A DNA stretch of 64,000 nucleotides from the NCBI GenBank assembly GCA_963748075.1, contig CAVVHQ010000044.1, positions 14,631 to 78,630 on the forward strand, given 5' to 3'. Source of the DNA: an uncultured Solirubrobacterales bacterium. Its GTDB lineage: Bacteria; Actinomycetota; Thermoleophilia; Solirubrobacterales; 70-9. Shown here piece after piece: positions 27,945 through 38,043 of the stretch. The notes below the pieces were generated by a model. The model had not been told where the DNA came from. It saw only the letters and a list, made by a program, of their open reading frames with translations, and made no database searches. The translations under genes were made by a program, and so were the position numbers. Each line of letters opens with the position of its first letter. Positions within the stretch are counted from its first letter, which is position 1.

Positions 27945-28163
27945 GTGACCAGGCAGGGAGAGGACGCGATCGAGCACGGCTTCAAGGAGGGCGACAAGGT
28001 CTGGGTGGAGGACGGCGAAGGTCGCCACCATCCAGGGGTCTTCGTCGGCAACAACGAAGCCTCCGGCTGGTTCGGCGGCGGTCCCAGCGCCTACGTCGTC
28101 CACCCCGAGGCGCATCAGGCCGAGGTCGTCTCGACCTTCCGCATCACCCCGCGCGAGGAGTAG
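27945..28163 (+). CDS. Hypothetical small protein
   Basis: 72-aa tail of ORF 27510-28163 with a GTG start. The sequence looks globular (DKVWVEDGEGRHHPGVFVGNNE...AYVVHPE). Confidence 0.35.
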   Translation: MTRQGEDAIEHGFKEGDKVWVEDGEGRHHPGVFVGNNEASGWFGGGPSAYVVHPEAHQAEVVSTFRITPREE

Positions 28164-28199
28164 TCACACGCCCCCATATCGGTTAGGCTCGCCTGACCG

Positions 28200-29438
28200 T
28201 TGGGGAAGATCGTCGACCTGCATGCCCACTATCCGATGCACCTGTTCCCGCGAGGCAGGCTGCGGGTCTGGCGGCTGCTCCACTCGCGCCGCGAGCGCCT
28301 GCGCCTGCGCGATCGGGTCGGCGCGATCCTGATCGACCTGATCGCCAGCCCCGTCGCCAACTACCGGTCGCTGTTCTCCGGCGAGCGGGTGCGGATCGGC
28401 TACATGCGGGAGGGCGGGGTCGGGGTCGCGCTGTCGGTCCTCTACTCGTTCTTCGACGAGGCAGACGCCCTCGCCGACCCGTTGCCCCGGCCCGACTACA
28501 TCCAGACCGTCCTGGACCAGATCGACACCGTACGCAGGGACATCGAGGACAACCACCCGAGCGAGGCCCTCGTCGCGACCAACCCTGCGGACCTCGGCTC
28601 GGCGGAGGAGGGCCGGGTCGCCCTGGTCCACTGCGTCGAGGGCGGCTTTCACCTCGGGCGGACCCCGGAAGCCGTGAGTGAGGCCGTGCAGCTGCTCGCC
28701 GGGCGCGGCGTCGCCTACGTCACCCTGGCGCATCTGATCTGGCGGGGGGTCGCGACCGACGCGCCGGCGCTCCCGTTCATGACCGACGAGCAGTACCGCA
28801 GCTGGCTGCCGCAGCCCGACGAGGGCCTCTCCCGGCTCGGGCGAGCCGCGGTCGAAGCGATGCACCGCGAACGCGTGCTGATCGATTTCTCGCACATGAG
28901 CGAGCGCTCCCTGCACGAGACGCTCGACCTGCTGGACGAGCTTGATCGGGACCGACCCGACGGGGCTGACCGGTCGCGCCCGACCCCCGTCCTCGCGACG
29001 CACACCGGCTACCGCTTCGGCAGCCAGGAATACCTGCTCGACCAAGCGGCGATCGAGAGGATCGCCGAGCGCGACGGCGTGATCGGCCTGATCTTCGCCC
29101 GCCACCAGCTCGAAGACGGTCCGCCGCCGACCTCGCGCCGCCGCATGCCGCGACTGTCGAAGCAAAAGCGCTTCGAGGACTCCTTCGCAACGCTCCGCGC
29201 CCACATCGACAGGATCTGCGAGATCACCGGAGAGCACCGCCACGTCGCGATCGGGTCCGACCTCGACGGCTTCATCAAGCCGACCCTCGCCGGCCTCGAG
29301 GACATGCGCGACATGGCGCGCCTCGAGCGGGCGCTCGTCGCACACTACGGCGAGGCGACCGCCAGGGCGATCTGCTCCGAGAACGCGCTGCGCCCGCTCA
29401 CCACCTACTGGCGCGGCAGCCCCGACGGGTCGGCGTGA
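28200..29438 (+). CDS. Membrane dipeptidase (peptidase M19 / renal dipeptidase) family protein, cytoplasmic type
   Basis: 412 aa with a TTG start. Motifs seen are DLHAHYPMHL, VHCVEGG, IDFSHMS, ATHTGYRF and AIGSDLDGF. Confidence 0.6.
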   Translation: MGKIVDLHAHYPMHLFPRGRLRVWRLLHSRRERLRLRDRVGAILIDLIASPVANYRSLFSGERVRIGYMREGGVGVALSVLYSFFDEADALADPLPRPDYIQTVLDQIDTVRRDIEDNHPSEALVATNPADLGSAEEGRVALVHCVEGGFHLGRTPEAVSEAVQLLAGRGVAYVTLAHLIWRGVATDAPALPFMTDEQYRSWLPQPDEGLSRLGRAAVEAMHRERVLIDFSHMSERSLHETLDLLDELDRDRPDGADRSRPTPVLATHTGYRFGSQEYLLDQAAIERIAERDGVIGLIFARHQLEDGPPPTSRRRMPRLSKQKRFEDSFATLRAHIDRICEITGEHRHVAIGSDLDGFIKPTLAGLEDMRDMARLERALVAHYGEATARAICSENALRPLTTYWRGSPDGSA

Positions 29439-30676
29439 TCGGCGGCGCCGGCAGCGCCGCCCTGCTCGAGCGGTTCCAGCCCTGCCTGCGCTACGACTCG
29501 GCGGAGGGCTACTTCGCCGACTCGGCCGAACAGTGGACCGCGAACCCGCACAACAGCCTGCGCACCGCCGGCGGCGAGGTGATCGCCAGCGCCGAGGACG
29601 ACCTCTCCCTCGACTTCCTGCGAGCCGGCAGCTACCCCGGCGGCCGCGCCGTCGCGCCGGACGACAGGATCGAAGCGGCAAGCGACGACTACAGCGATCA
29701 GTACCTGAGGCTGAGGCAGGCGAAGCCCGACCTCCGCAACGTGATCTACGGCCACGCGGTGCGGCGCCACCAGCGGCTCTGGCTCCAGTACTGGTTCTTC
29801 TACTTCCTCAACGACTACCAGCTCGCCTGGGGCATCGACGTCCACGAGGGGGACTGGGAGATGGTCCAGCTCAGGCTCGACGAGAGCGAGTCGGCGCCGG
29901 AGATCGCCGTCTACGCGCAGCATGCCTTCTGCGAAGTGCGGGCGTGGGACGACGTCACACGCCTCGCCGAAGAGAAGGAAGCGGAAGGGCTGGCGCCCGA
30001 GGAGGCAGACCGGGACCGCCCGGCCGTCTACGTCGGCCGTGGCTCCCACGCGTCCTTCTTCGAGCCCGGCTACCACCCGACCGACTTCTACGACGTCACC
30101 GATGGGAAGCGCCGGCCGAAAACCGACGTGCGGCTGGAGGTCGTCGGCGACGGCAGCCCGGGCTGGGTCGCCTGGCCGGGGCGCTGGGGAGGCTCTCGCA
30201 CCGGCTACCCCGGCCCGACCGCTCCCTACGCCCACGACCAGTGGGACAACCCCGAGAAGCTGATCGAGCACCGGGCCGTCGTCCCCGAGGACGCGCCGGA
30301 GCCGGACGAGCCGAGGCTGTGGGCGCGGCGGCGGCGCAACCGCTTGCTGATCGAGTTCGACTTCTCGCCGATGCCGGCGCCGCCGAAGCGGCTGGTCGCC
30401 ACCGTGAACTCCCAGGACGAGCGCACCGTTCCGCCCCGCGTCCACCGGTTCGCGCTGCGCACCGTCGTCCTCGGCAGCCTGCAGACCCGGGTCGAGCTGG
30501 ACCCGGAGAAGCACTACGACGTCTCGCTCGCGGTCGTCGACTCTGAAGACAAACCGACCGCCGCCGAGGTCTTCGTCTTTGCCCCCAGCGCCGGCTTTCG
30601 CGGCGTGATCCGCCGCCTCGGGGCCGCCGCCGGGAGGCTGGTCCACTTCTGGCGGATGGCCTTCGGCCGCGCCTGA
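29435..30676 (+). CDS. Vps62/DUF946-like protein
   Basis: 413 aa. WLQYWFFYFLNDY......VHEGDWEMVQLRLD is the hallmark of the Vps62 family. The start overlaps the stop of the M19 gene (GTGA). Confidence 0.5.
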   Translation: MIGGAGSAALLERFQPCLRYDSAEGYFADSAEQWTANPHNSLRTAGGEVIASAEDDLSLDFLRAGSYPGGRAVAPDDRIEAASDDYSDQYLRLRQAKPDLRNVIYGHAVRRHQRLWLQYWFFYFLNDYQLAWGIDVHEGDWEMVQLRLDESESAPEIAVYAQHAFCEVRAWDDVTRLAEEKEAEGLAPEEADRDRPAVYVGRGSHASFFEPGYHPTDFYDVTDGKRRPKTDVRLEVVGDGSPGWVAWPGRWGGSRTGYPGPTAPYAHDQWDNPEKLIEHRAVVPEDAPEPDEPRLWARRRRNRLLIEFDFSPMPAPPKRLVATVNSQDERTVPPRVHRFALRTVVLGSLQTRVELDPEKHYDVSLAVVDSEDKPTAAEVFVFAPSAGFRGVIRRLGAAAGRLVHFWRMAFGRA

Positions 30677-30679
30677 GGG

Positions 30680-31711
30680 TCAGGGCCCCCCGGGGCCGAA
30701 GGCGTCGATCAGGCGGCTCTGGTACTCGGTCAGCTCCTCGGGGGAGATGAAGTAGGTCGGCGGGGTGAGGAAGAGGCCGTCGGCCCGTTCGGCGGTCGCC
30801 TCGACCCGGGCGCGAACCTTGTCGAGGGGACCGGCGGCGCAGTAGACGTCGACCATCTCGTCGCTGATCGCCGCCGGGACGGCGGCCAGGTCGCCGCGGC
30901 GGAAGGCCTCGCCCGCGGCGACGGCGTTGTCGGCGAAGCCGTGCATCTCCCAGAGCGGCATGTAGGTCCTCACGGTGGCGTAGAAGGCGATCGTGCGGCG
31001 GGCCAGGTCGACCGCCCGCGCCTCGTCGTCGTCGATCGCGCAGCAGACGGTCGGCAGGTAGTCGAAGTCCCCGCGCTCGCGGCCGGAGCGGCGCAGCCCC
31101 TGCTCGAAGGAGGCGACGACCACCTCGTCGATCCAGCGCAGGCTCTGGATCGGGTGGCCGATCAGACCGTCGGCGACGTCCCCCGCCATCCGGCACATGC
31201 CTCCCTGCACGCCGGCGGTGTAGATCGGCACCACCTCGCGCGGCGCCGGGTGGGGCCGCACCCAGCCCTTGATGTCGATGTCGTAGTACTCGCCCGCGAA
31301 GCGGATCGGCTCCCCGGCCCCGGCCTGGTGCATGATCAGCCGCGTCGCCTCGACCGCCTCGCGGAGGTGCGGCGCCGGGCGGCCGTAGGAGGCGTTGTGC
31401 CAGGTTTCGTTGAGGCGCTTGACCCCGGAGCCGAGGCCGAGGCGGAAGCGCCCACCCGACATCTCGTCGACGTCGAGCGCCGAGACGGCGAGGATGAAGG
31501 GGCTGCGGGTGAAGGCCCAGGCGATCCCGGTGGCGATGCCGATCCTCTCGGTCCGCCCTGCTAGGTAGGCGGCCTGGGTCATCGAGGAGCGGAACAGCTC
31601 CGGCGCCCAGACGCACTCGACGCCGGCCGCCTCTGCCCGCTCCGCCTCCGCCTCGAGGTCGGCGACCGTCATGCCGATCGCGGCGACCGAGATGCGGTCG
31701 AGTGCGCCCAT
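30680..31711 (-). CDS. LLM-class (luciferase-like) F420- or flavin-dependent oxidoreductase
   Basis: Motifs seen are AEAAGVECVWAPELF and GRFRLGLGSG. The start is ATG 31711, downstream of the ACAD stop. Confidence 0.7.
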   Translation of the reverse strand: MGALDRISVAAIGMTVADLEAEAERAEAAGVECVWAPELFRSSMTQAAYLAGRTERIGIATGIAWAFTRSPFILAVSALDVDEMSGGRFRLGLGSGVKRLNETWHNASYGRPAPHLREAVEATRLIMHQAGAGEPIRFAGEYYDIDIKGWVRPHPAPREVVPIYTAGVQGGMCRMAGDVADGLIGHPIQSLRWIDEVVVASFEQGLRRSGRERGDFDYLPTVCCAIDDDEARAVDLARRTIAFYATVRTYMPLWEMHGFADNAVAAGEAFRRGDLAAVPAAISDEMVDVYCAAGPLDKVRARVEATAERADGLFLTPPTYFISPEELTEYQSRLIDAFGPGGP

Positions 31712-31733
31712 CGCCCGGCCGATGCCTCCCGCC

Positions 31734-32858
31734 TCAGGCGGGAACCGGCGCACCCGCCTCGGCGAGGACGAGGTCGGCGACCCGCTCGCGGTGCCAGCGG
31801 GCGTCGCCGAAGGTTGCCGCGTTCGCCTTGCCGCGCTTCAGGAAGAAGTGGAGGTCGTGCTCCCAGGTGAAGCCGATCCCGCCGTGCACCTGGATCGAAG
31901 CGTCGGGGACGCGCCAGCCGGCGTCGGAGGCGTAGGCCTTCGCCATCGAGGCGGCCAGCGGCAGCGACTCCGGCTCGGCGTCGGCGGCCCAGGCGGCACC
32001 GTAGACGGCCGAGCGCGAGTTCTCGGTCTCGAGCAGCATCTGCGCGCAGCGGTGGGAGACCGCCTGGTAGGCGCCGATCGGCCGACCGAACTGCTGGCGG
32101 TCCTTGGCGTACTCCACCGCCATCTCCATCGTCCGCTGGGCGACGCCGGTCGACTCGGCGGCGACCGCCGTGCAGGCCCGCCAGAGCACCGGCAGGTACT
32201 CCTCCTGCACGCCGTCGAGCGTCGCCTCGGGGCCGACCCGGACGCCGTCGAAGCTGACCGAGTAGAGGCGGCGAGTGGGGTCGATCGACTTCTCGGCACT
32301 GACGCTGAGCCCGGCGGCCCCGCGCTCGACCACGTGGCGACGGCCGTCGGCGGTGGCGACGAGGAGGAAGTCGGCAGCGGCTGCGTCCATCACCAGCACC
32401 TTCTCGCCGTCGAGGACGACTCCGTCCCCGTCGGCCCTGGCCTGCATCTCGAAGCCGCCGATAGAGGCGGTGGTGCCGGCGTCGAAGAGGGCCGGCGTGC
32501 CGCGCGCCTCTCCACCGGCCAGCGGGCGCAGCCAGCGCTCGCGCTGCTCGTCGCTGCCGTTCGCGGCCAGCGCCAGACCGGCAACGGTGGTCGAAAGCAG
32601 CGGCGAGGGCGCCAGCGCGAAGCCCATCTCCTCGAAGAGGACGGCGAGGTCGACGATGCCGAGCCCCTGTCCTCCCCACTCCTCCGGCAGCGCCAGGCCC
32701 GGCCAGCCGAGCTCGGCCATCTCCTCCCAATCGGACTGCTCGAAGCCGTGCTCGCTCTCGGCCAGCTCGCGGATCCGCTCCGACTTGTAGCGGGCGGCGA
32801 GGAACTCGCGCGCGGTCGAGCGGATCGCCTGCTGCTCGTCGGTCAAGTCGAAGTACAT
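31734..32858 (-). CDS. Acyl-CoA dehydrogenase family protein
   Basis: 374 aa, MYFDLTDEQQAIRSTAREFL... It pairs with the upstream ACAD and may form a heteromeric FadE-type pair. Confidence 0.8.
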   Translation of the reverse strand: MYFDLTDEQQAIRSTAREFLAARYKSERIRELAESEHGFEQSDWEEMAELGWPGLALPEEWGGQGLGIVDLAVLFEEMGFALAPSPLLSTTVAGLALAANGSDEQRERWLRPLAGGEARGTPALFDAGTTASIGGFEMQARADGDGVVLDGEKVLVMDAAAADFLLVATADGRRHVVERGAAGLSVSAEKSIDPTRRLYSVSFDGVRVGPEATLDGVQEEYLPVLWRACTAVAAESTGVAQRTMEMAVEYAKDRQQFGRPIGAYQAVSHRCAQMLLETENSRSAVYGAAWAADAEPESLPLAASMAKAYASDAGWRVPDASIQVHGGIGFTWEHDLHFFLKRGKANAATFGDARWHRERVADLVLAEAGAPVPA

Positions 32859-32870
32859 GGGCGAGGGTCC

Positions 32871-34046
32871 CTAACGCAGCCTCGGCAGGCCGAGCACCCG
32901 CTCGGCGATGATGTTCCTGAGGATGTCGGTGGTGCCGCCCTCGATCGAGTTGGCGCGGGAGCGCAGGAAGCCGTACTGCCAGGCGCCGCCCGCGACGGCG
33001 TGCTCGGCGCCGCGATCGAGCGGCGCGTAGGCGCCCTCGATGTCGAGCGCCAGCTCGGCGATCCGCTGGTTGATGTCGGCCCACTGCCACTTGCCCAGCG
33101 AGCCCTCCGGTCCCGGGACGCCCGACTGCATCGTCTTGGTCAGGCCGCGGTAGGCGTTGAGTCGCATCGTCTCCGCCTCGATCTGCAGCTGGGCGATTCG
33201 CTGCCGATAGACAGGGTCCTCGGCCGCCGTGCCGCCGTCGATGCGGGTCTCGCCGGCCAGCTCGCCGAGCCGCTTGAGGCCGTTGGCGATCTGCGAGATC
33301 GCGCCGAAGGCGAGGCCGGCGCGCTCGTTCATCAACGTCGTTATCGCGACCGACCAGCCGTTGCCGACGCCGCCGACCACGTTCGCGTCGGGGATCCGCG
33401 CCTCCTCGATGAAGACCTCGTTGAACTCGCCCTCGCCGGTGATCTGGACCAGCGGCTTGGCCTCCACGCCCGGCTGCTCCATGTCCATCAGGAAGTAGGT
33501 AAGCCCCTGGTGCTTGGGGGCGTCGGGGTCGGTGCGAGCGACCAGCATGCACCACTTGGCGTACTGGGCGAAGGTGGTCCAGACCTTCTGCCCGGTGACC
33601 ACCCATTCGTCGCCGTCCTTGACCGCCTTCGTCTTCAGCGAGGCGAGGTCGGAGCCCGACTCGGGCTCGGAGAAGCCCTGGCACCAGATCTCCTCGGCAG
33701 TGAGGATCGGCTCCAGGTAGCGCTGCTTCTGCTCGTCCGTGCCGTGGGCGATCACGACCGGGCCGCCCATCGCCAGGCCGAGCACGTTGGCCGGGCTCGG
33801 CGCCTCCTGGCGCGCCGCCTCGCCGACGAAGATCGCCTGCTCGATCAGCGTCGCGCCGCGGCCGCCGTACTCCTTCGGCCACGAGATCCCCGCCCATCCC
33901 GCCTCGTGCAGCTTGCGCTGCCACTCGCGGCGGAAGGCCATCACCTCCTCCAGGCCCTCCGGCTCGGGCCCCGGATGGTTCTCCTCCAGCCAGGCGCGGA
34001 CCTCGTCGCGGAACTCGCGCTCGGCGGGAGAGAGGCTGAGGTCCAT
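32871..34046 (-). CDS. Acyl-CoA dehydrogenase family protein
   Basis: The start is ATG 34046 (MDLSLSPAEREFRDEVRAWLEENHPG...). Middle-domain motifs CQGFSEPESGSD are present. Confidence 0.8.
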   Translation of the reverse strand: MDLSLSPAEREFRDEVRAWLEENHPGPEPEGLEEVMAFRREWQRKLHEAGWAGISWPKEYGGRGATLIEQAIFVGEAARQEAPSPANVLGLAMGGPVVIAHGTDEQKQRYLEPILTAEEIWCQGFSEPESGSDLASLKTKAVKDGDEWVVTGQKVWTTFAQYAKWCMLVARTDPDAPKHQGLTYFLMDMEQPGVEAKPLVQITGEGEFNEVFIEEARIPDANVVGGVGNGWSVAITTLMNERAGLAFGAISQIANGLKRLGELAGETRIDGGTAAEDPVYRQRIAQLQIEAETMRLNAYRGLTKTMQSGVPGPEGSLGKWQWADINQRIAELALDIEGAYAPLDRGAEHAVAGGAWQYGFLRSRANSIEGGTTDILRNIIAERVLGLPRLR

Positions 34047-34066
34047 CGGAAGCGCAGCATAGCGGC

Positions 34067-34086
34067 AGACTGGCCAGGCAGCCAGG
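34067..34086. promoter_or_regulatory. Degenerate third copy of the operator-like motif (AGACTGGCCAGGCAGCCAGG)
   Basis: 17 of 20 positions are identical to 37978-37997. It lies 20 nt upstream of the ACAD start at 34046. Confidence 0.4.
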
Positions 34087-34794
34087 CGTGCCTGAGGGCT
34101 CGGCGCCGTCAGGCTTTGAGAGACCGCTGGCAATCTGGTCAGCTTCTGCGACGGCGCCGCCTATTCCGGCGACCGTGGTGATGCAGCGCGAATTCCGATC
34201 AGGCGGGCTGCGTTTCGATGCCCTCGTCGGCAGGCGCCCTTCTCGAACGCGAGCGAGGATCTGGGCATCGGCCTGGTGCGAATAGCAAGGCGCCGCGTGA
34301 GGAGGATGCTGAGCTGCTACAAGCCAGCCGTGCGTTGCGAGTGCGAAGCTCACGGCTACGTCATGCCTTCAGCGCTTAGAGAGCAGTTGCTCTCGCCGCT
34401 CACGACGGCGATCGTGATAACGAACATGTGGATTGTGCGTATCACCGCCATTTGAGGCCGGGAGATCGCGAAACTCGCACACTGCTCGGGACCTTTTCGC
34501 AGATCGCGATCTGCCCTTCTTGAAAAAACTCGGCCACGGTCAGCAGGCGGGATCTACCTGAGCGCCGCTGGTTGCCGAAGCACGTCGAGACCAATCCGAT
34601 GCGCTCAGGACTATGCGAGTGCAGTATCGCGATTTGCGCGCCCGATCAGATTCGCTCTATTAAGATTCCTAGTCGCTTGAGGCTGCTCGCAGCAGCACAT
34701 CGTATAGTCAAATCGAGTCTGCGAGTCAAAGCAGCTCCATCTCGATACAGCAGGGCTCATGGCGACAGGCGGGCACGTCCCGCGCGGTGGAGGT

Positions 34795-35568
34795 TCAGCC
34801 GGCGCGATCGAGGGCGCGCCAGGGGCCGGTCTTCAGCGCCGGGCCGAAGCCGGCGTCGAACAGGGCGCCGGCGCGGCAGCCGCGGACCCGCCGCCCGTGC
34901 GTGCGCAGCAGCGTTTCGCCGCGAATCGTGAACCCGTGCCGTGGATGGCGCTCGAAGGTGCGCCGGATGCCGGCGTGGTCGAGCTCCCAGCCGCGCAGGC
35001 CGAGCACGTCGACCAGGATGCCGTCGTGGGCGAGGTGCTGGACGGCGCCGCGCTCGGGCGGAACCGTGGGGTTGAGATGCAGGGTGATCGCGTCGAGGAC
35101 GTCGTGGCGCGTCGCCTCCGGAAGCGGCGAGCCGTCGAGCACCTGCGCGGCCGTCTCCGCCCCGGCGACCGTGAAGCAGCGATCGCTGAGCGCCTCCATC
35201 GTCGGGAAGGCGATGTCATGGAGCATGGTCGCCGCGAAGAGCGCCTCCTCGTCGCACTCGAGCCCCTCGACCTCGCCGAGGGCGCGGGCGAAGATGTAGG
35301 AGCGGTAGCTGTGCTCGAGGACGGTCGGCTCCAGCTCGGCGCAGGCCTCGACCACCTCGCGGGCGAAGGGCGTGTCGGGCGGGGTGAGCCGCGAGGGGTC
35401 GGGGCCAGAGCCCCTCAGACCTGCCCGGCCCGCCAGCAGCCGCGGCAGCGCCCGCGTCGTCGTCAACACGACAGCGGCGATGAACCGCGCTCGCTCGCCG
35501 CGGCCGAGGATCCCGTTGGTCCGCCGGCTCCACTCGATCGTCCCGATCTCACCGAGCAGAGCGCTCAT
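34795..35568 (-). CDS. HD-domain protein
   Basis: 258 aa from ATG 35568, which forms an ATGA overlap with glxA. The metal-binding context is ATMLHDIAF. Confidence 0.6.
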   Translation of the reverse strand: MSALLGEIGTIEWSRRTNGILGRGERARFIAAVVLTTTRALPRLLAGRAGLRGSGPDPSRLTPPDTPFAREVVEACAELEPTVLEHSYRSYIFARALGEVEGLECDEEALFAATMLHDIAFPTMEALSDRCFTVAGAETAAQVLDGSPLPEATRHDVLDAITLHLNPTVPPERGAVQHLAHDGILVDVLGLRGWELDHAGIRRTFERHPRHGFTIRGETLLRTHGRRVRGCRAGALFDAGFGPALKTGPWRALDRAG

Positions 35569-36560
35569 GCTGCCTCCGTCATCACGTCGACCGCGGCGGC
35601 GCCGAAGCGCTGCCGGTACTCGCCCGGGCCGATCCCGAGCACGCGCCGGAAGGCGCGGCGCATCGTCTCGGCGCTGCCGAAGCCGCAAAGCTCGGCCACG
35701 GCGTCGACCGAGGAGCGGCCGCTCTCGAGCAGGTCGCGCGCCGCCTCGACCCGGACCCGCTCGACGAAGCGGGCGGGCGTCGTGCGAGCCTCGCGACCGA
35801 AGAGCCGCGTCACCTGGCGCTCCGAGAGCGCTGCACGCTCGGCCAGCGCCGGAACGCGATGGTCGCCGGCCGGGTCGGCGACGATGCCGTCGACGAGAGC
35901 CCGGATCGGCGACTCGGCCGGGACCGGCGCGCCGAGCCGCTGCGAGAACTGCGACTGGCCGCCCGGGCGCTGGAGGAAGACGACGAGCCAGCGGGCGACG
36001 GTGCGCGCGACCTCGGGCCCGTGGTCCTCCTCGACGAGGGCGAGGGCGAGGTCGATCCCGGCGGTGACGCCGGCGGAGGTGATCACGGAGCCGTCGCGGA
36101 CGAAGATCCGGTCGGGCTCGACGCTCAGCGCCGGGAAGCGCCGGGCAAGGTCATCGCACCCGGCCCAGTGGGTGGTGACGCGTCGCCCGTCGAGCAGGCC
36201 GGCCGCGGCGAGCAGGAAGGCGCCGCCGCAGACCGAGCCGAAGCGGCGCGCGCCGGCGGCGACCCGCGGCAGCTCGGCGACGAGCTCGGAATCCTCGAGG
36301 GCCACCCGCCCGCGCCCGCCCGGGACCAGCAGCGTGTCGATGCCGTTCGGGTCGAGCTCGGCGAGGTCGGCGTCCGGCTCGATCCCCATCCCCGAGGAGG
36401 CGCGCACCCGGCCGCCCCCCGCGCTGGCGATCGTCAGCGCGTAGCCGGGTCCCCCGTCACCGGCGGCGACGACGCGCGACGCCGCGTCGAAGACGTCGGC
36501 CGGGCCGGCGATGTCGAGCAGCTGCAAGCCCTCGAAGGCACCCAAGACCATCTGTCGCAT
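35565..36560 (-). CDS. GlxA-family transcriptional regulator (DJ-1/PfpI domain plus AraC HTH)
   Basis: 331 aa. The DJ-1 nucleophile-elbow context is GSVCGGAFLLAAAG, and the C-terminal AraC-type double HTH is AVAELCGFGSAETMRRAFRR. Confidence 0.8.
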   Translation of the reverse strand: MRQMVLGAFEGLQLLDIAGPADVFDAASRVVAAGDGGPGYALTIASAGGGRVRASSGMGIEPDADLAELDPNGIDTLLVPGGRGRVALEDSELVAELPRVAAGARRFGSVCGGAFLLAAAGLLDGRRVTTHWAGCDDLARRFPALSVEPDRIFVRDGSVITSAGVTAGIDLALALVEEDHGPEVARTVARWLVVFLQRPGGQSQFSQRLGAPVPAESPIRALVDGIVADPAGDHRVPALAERAALSERQVTRLFGREARTTPARFVERVRVEAARDLLESGRSSVDAVAELCGFGSAETMRRAFRRVLGIGPGEYRQRFGAAAVDVMTEAA

Positions 36561-36585
36561 GCCGCGATTCTGGTCGGTCGCAGCA

Positions 36586-36624
36586 ATGTCTGCAAGGACA
36601 TATACCCCACAAATTCAGACATAT
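36586..36624. promoter_or_regulatory. Repeat cluster in the glxA promoter region
   Basis: The dyad ATGTC-N6-GACAT lies at 36586-36601. GACATAT is directly repeated at 36597 and 36618, 21 nt apart. The stretch is AT-rich and lies 26-64 nt upstream of the glxA start. Confidence 0.3.
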
Positions 36625-36630
36625 TCCGAT

Positions 36631-36727
36631 CTGAGGTCGCCTGGCCATGCAGATCAAGGAAGCAGGGAGCGTGGCGTGCTCCGCACGCGAGCGACCGATG
36701 ACGCAGATATGCGCCGGCCAGGCGGCC

Positions 36728-36731
<4 letters not shown>
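36631..36731. repeat. Family-C palindromic intergenic element, copy 3
   Basis: TIRs are CTGAGGTCGCCTGGCC (36631-36646) and GGCCAGGCGGCCTCAG (36716-36731), complementary at 15 of 16 positions. The core is nearly identical to copy 2. The thiolase stop codon (36728-36730) lies in the right TIR. Confidence 0.85.
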
Positions 36732-37912
<1,181 letters not shown>

Positions 37913-37976
37913 CGAAAGCCTCCGTTCGTCTCGTATCCGCCGGATGCGGTCGCGCCGTTCCACTTCAAGATAGCCG

Positions 37977-37997
37977 ATTGACTGGTCAGTCAGCCAG
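37977..37997. promoter_or_regulatory. Operator-like 21-nt motif ATTGACTGGTCAGTCAGCCAG (site 2)
   Basis: It lies in the divergent spacer between the thiolase (-) and 3-hydroxyacyl-CoA dehydrogenase (+) genes. It matches site 1 at 20 of 21 positions. Confidence 0.55.
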
Positions 37998-38043
37998 GGA
38001 TGCCGCACCGCACGAGCAGCCGAGGGATTGATAGGAACCCGTC

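Noticed and set aside
34276-34760. Small ORFs in the AT-rich island. They are a 59-aa GTG ORF on the plus strand (34276-34455), a 49-aa ATG ORF on the minus strand from 34760, and a 50-aa TTG ORF on the minus strand containing RLLTVAEFFQEGQIAICEK.
   Set aside because: All have low GC3 and poor or misplaced Shine-Dalgarno sequences, carry no recognisable motif, and overlap each other. They are recorded only as things to test by BLASTX or Ribo-seq.
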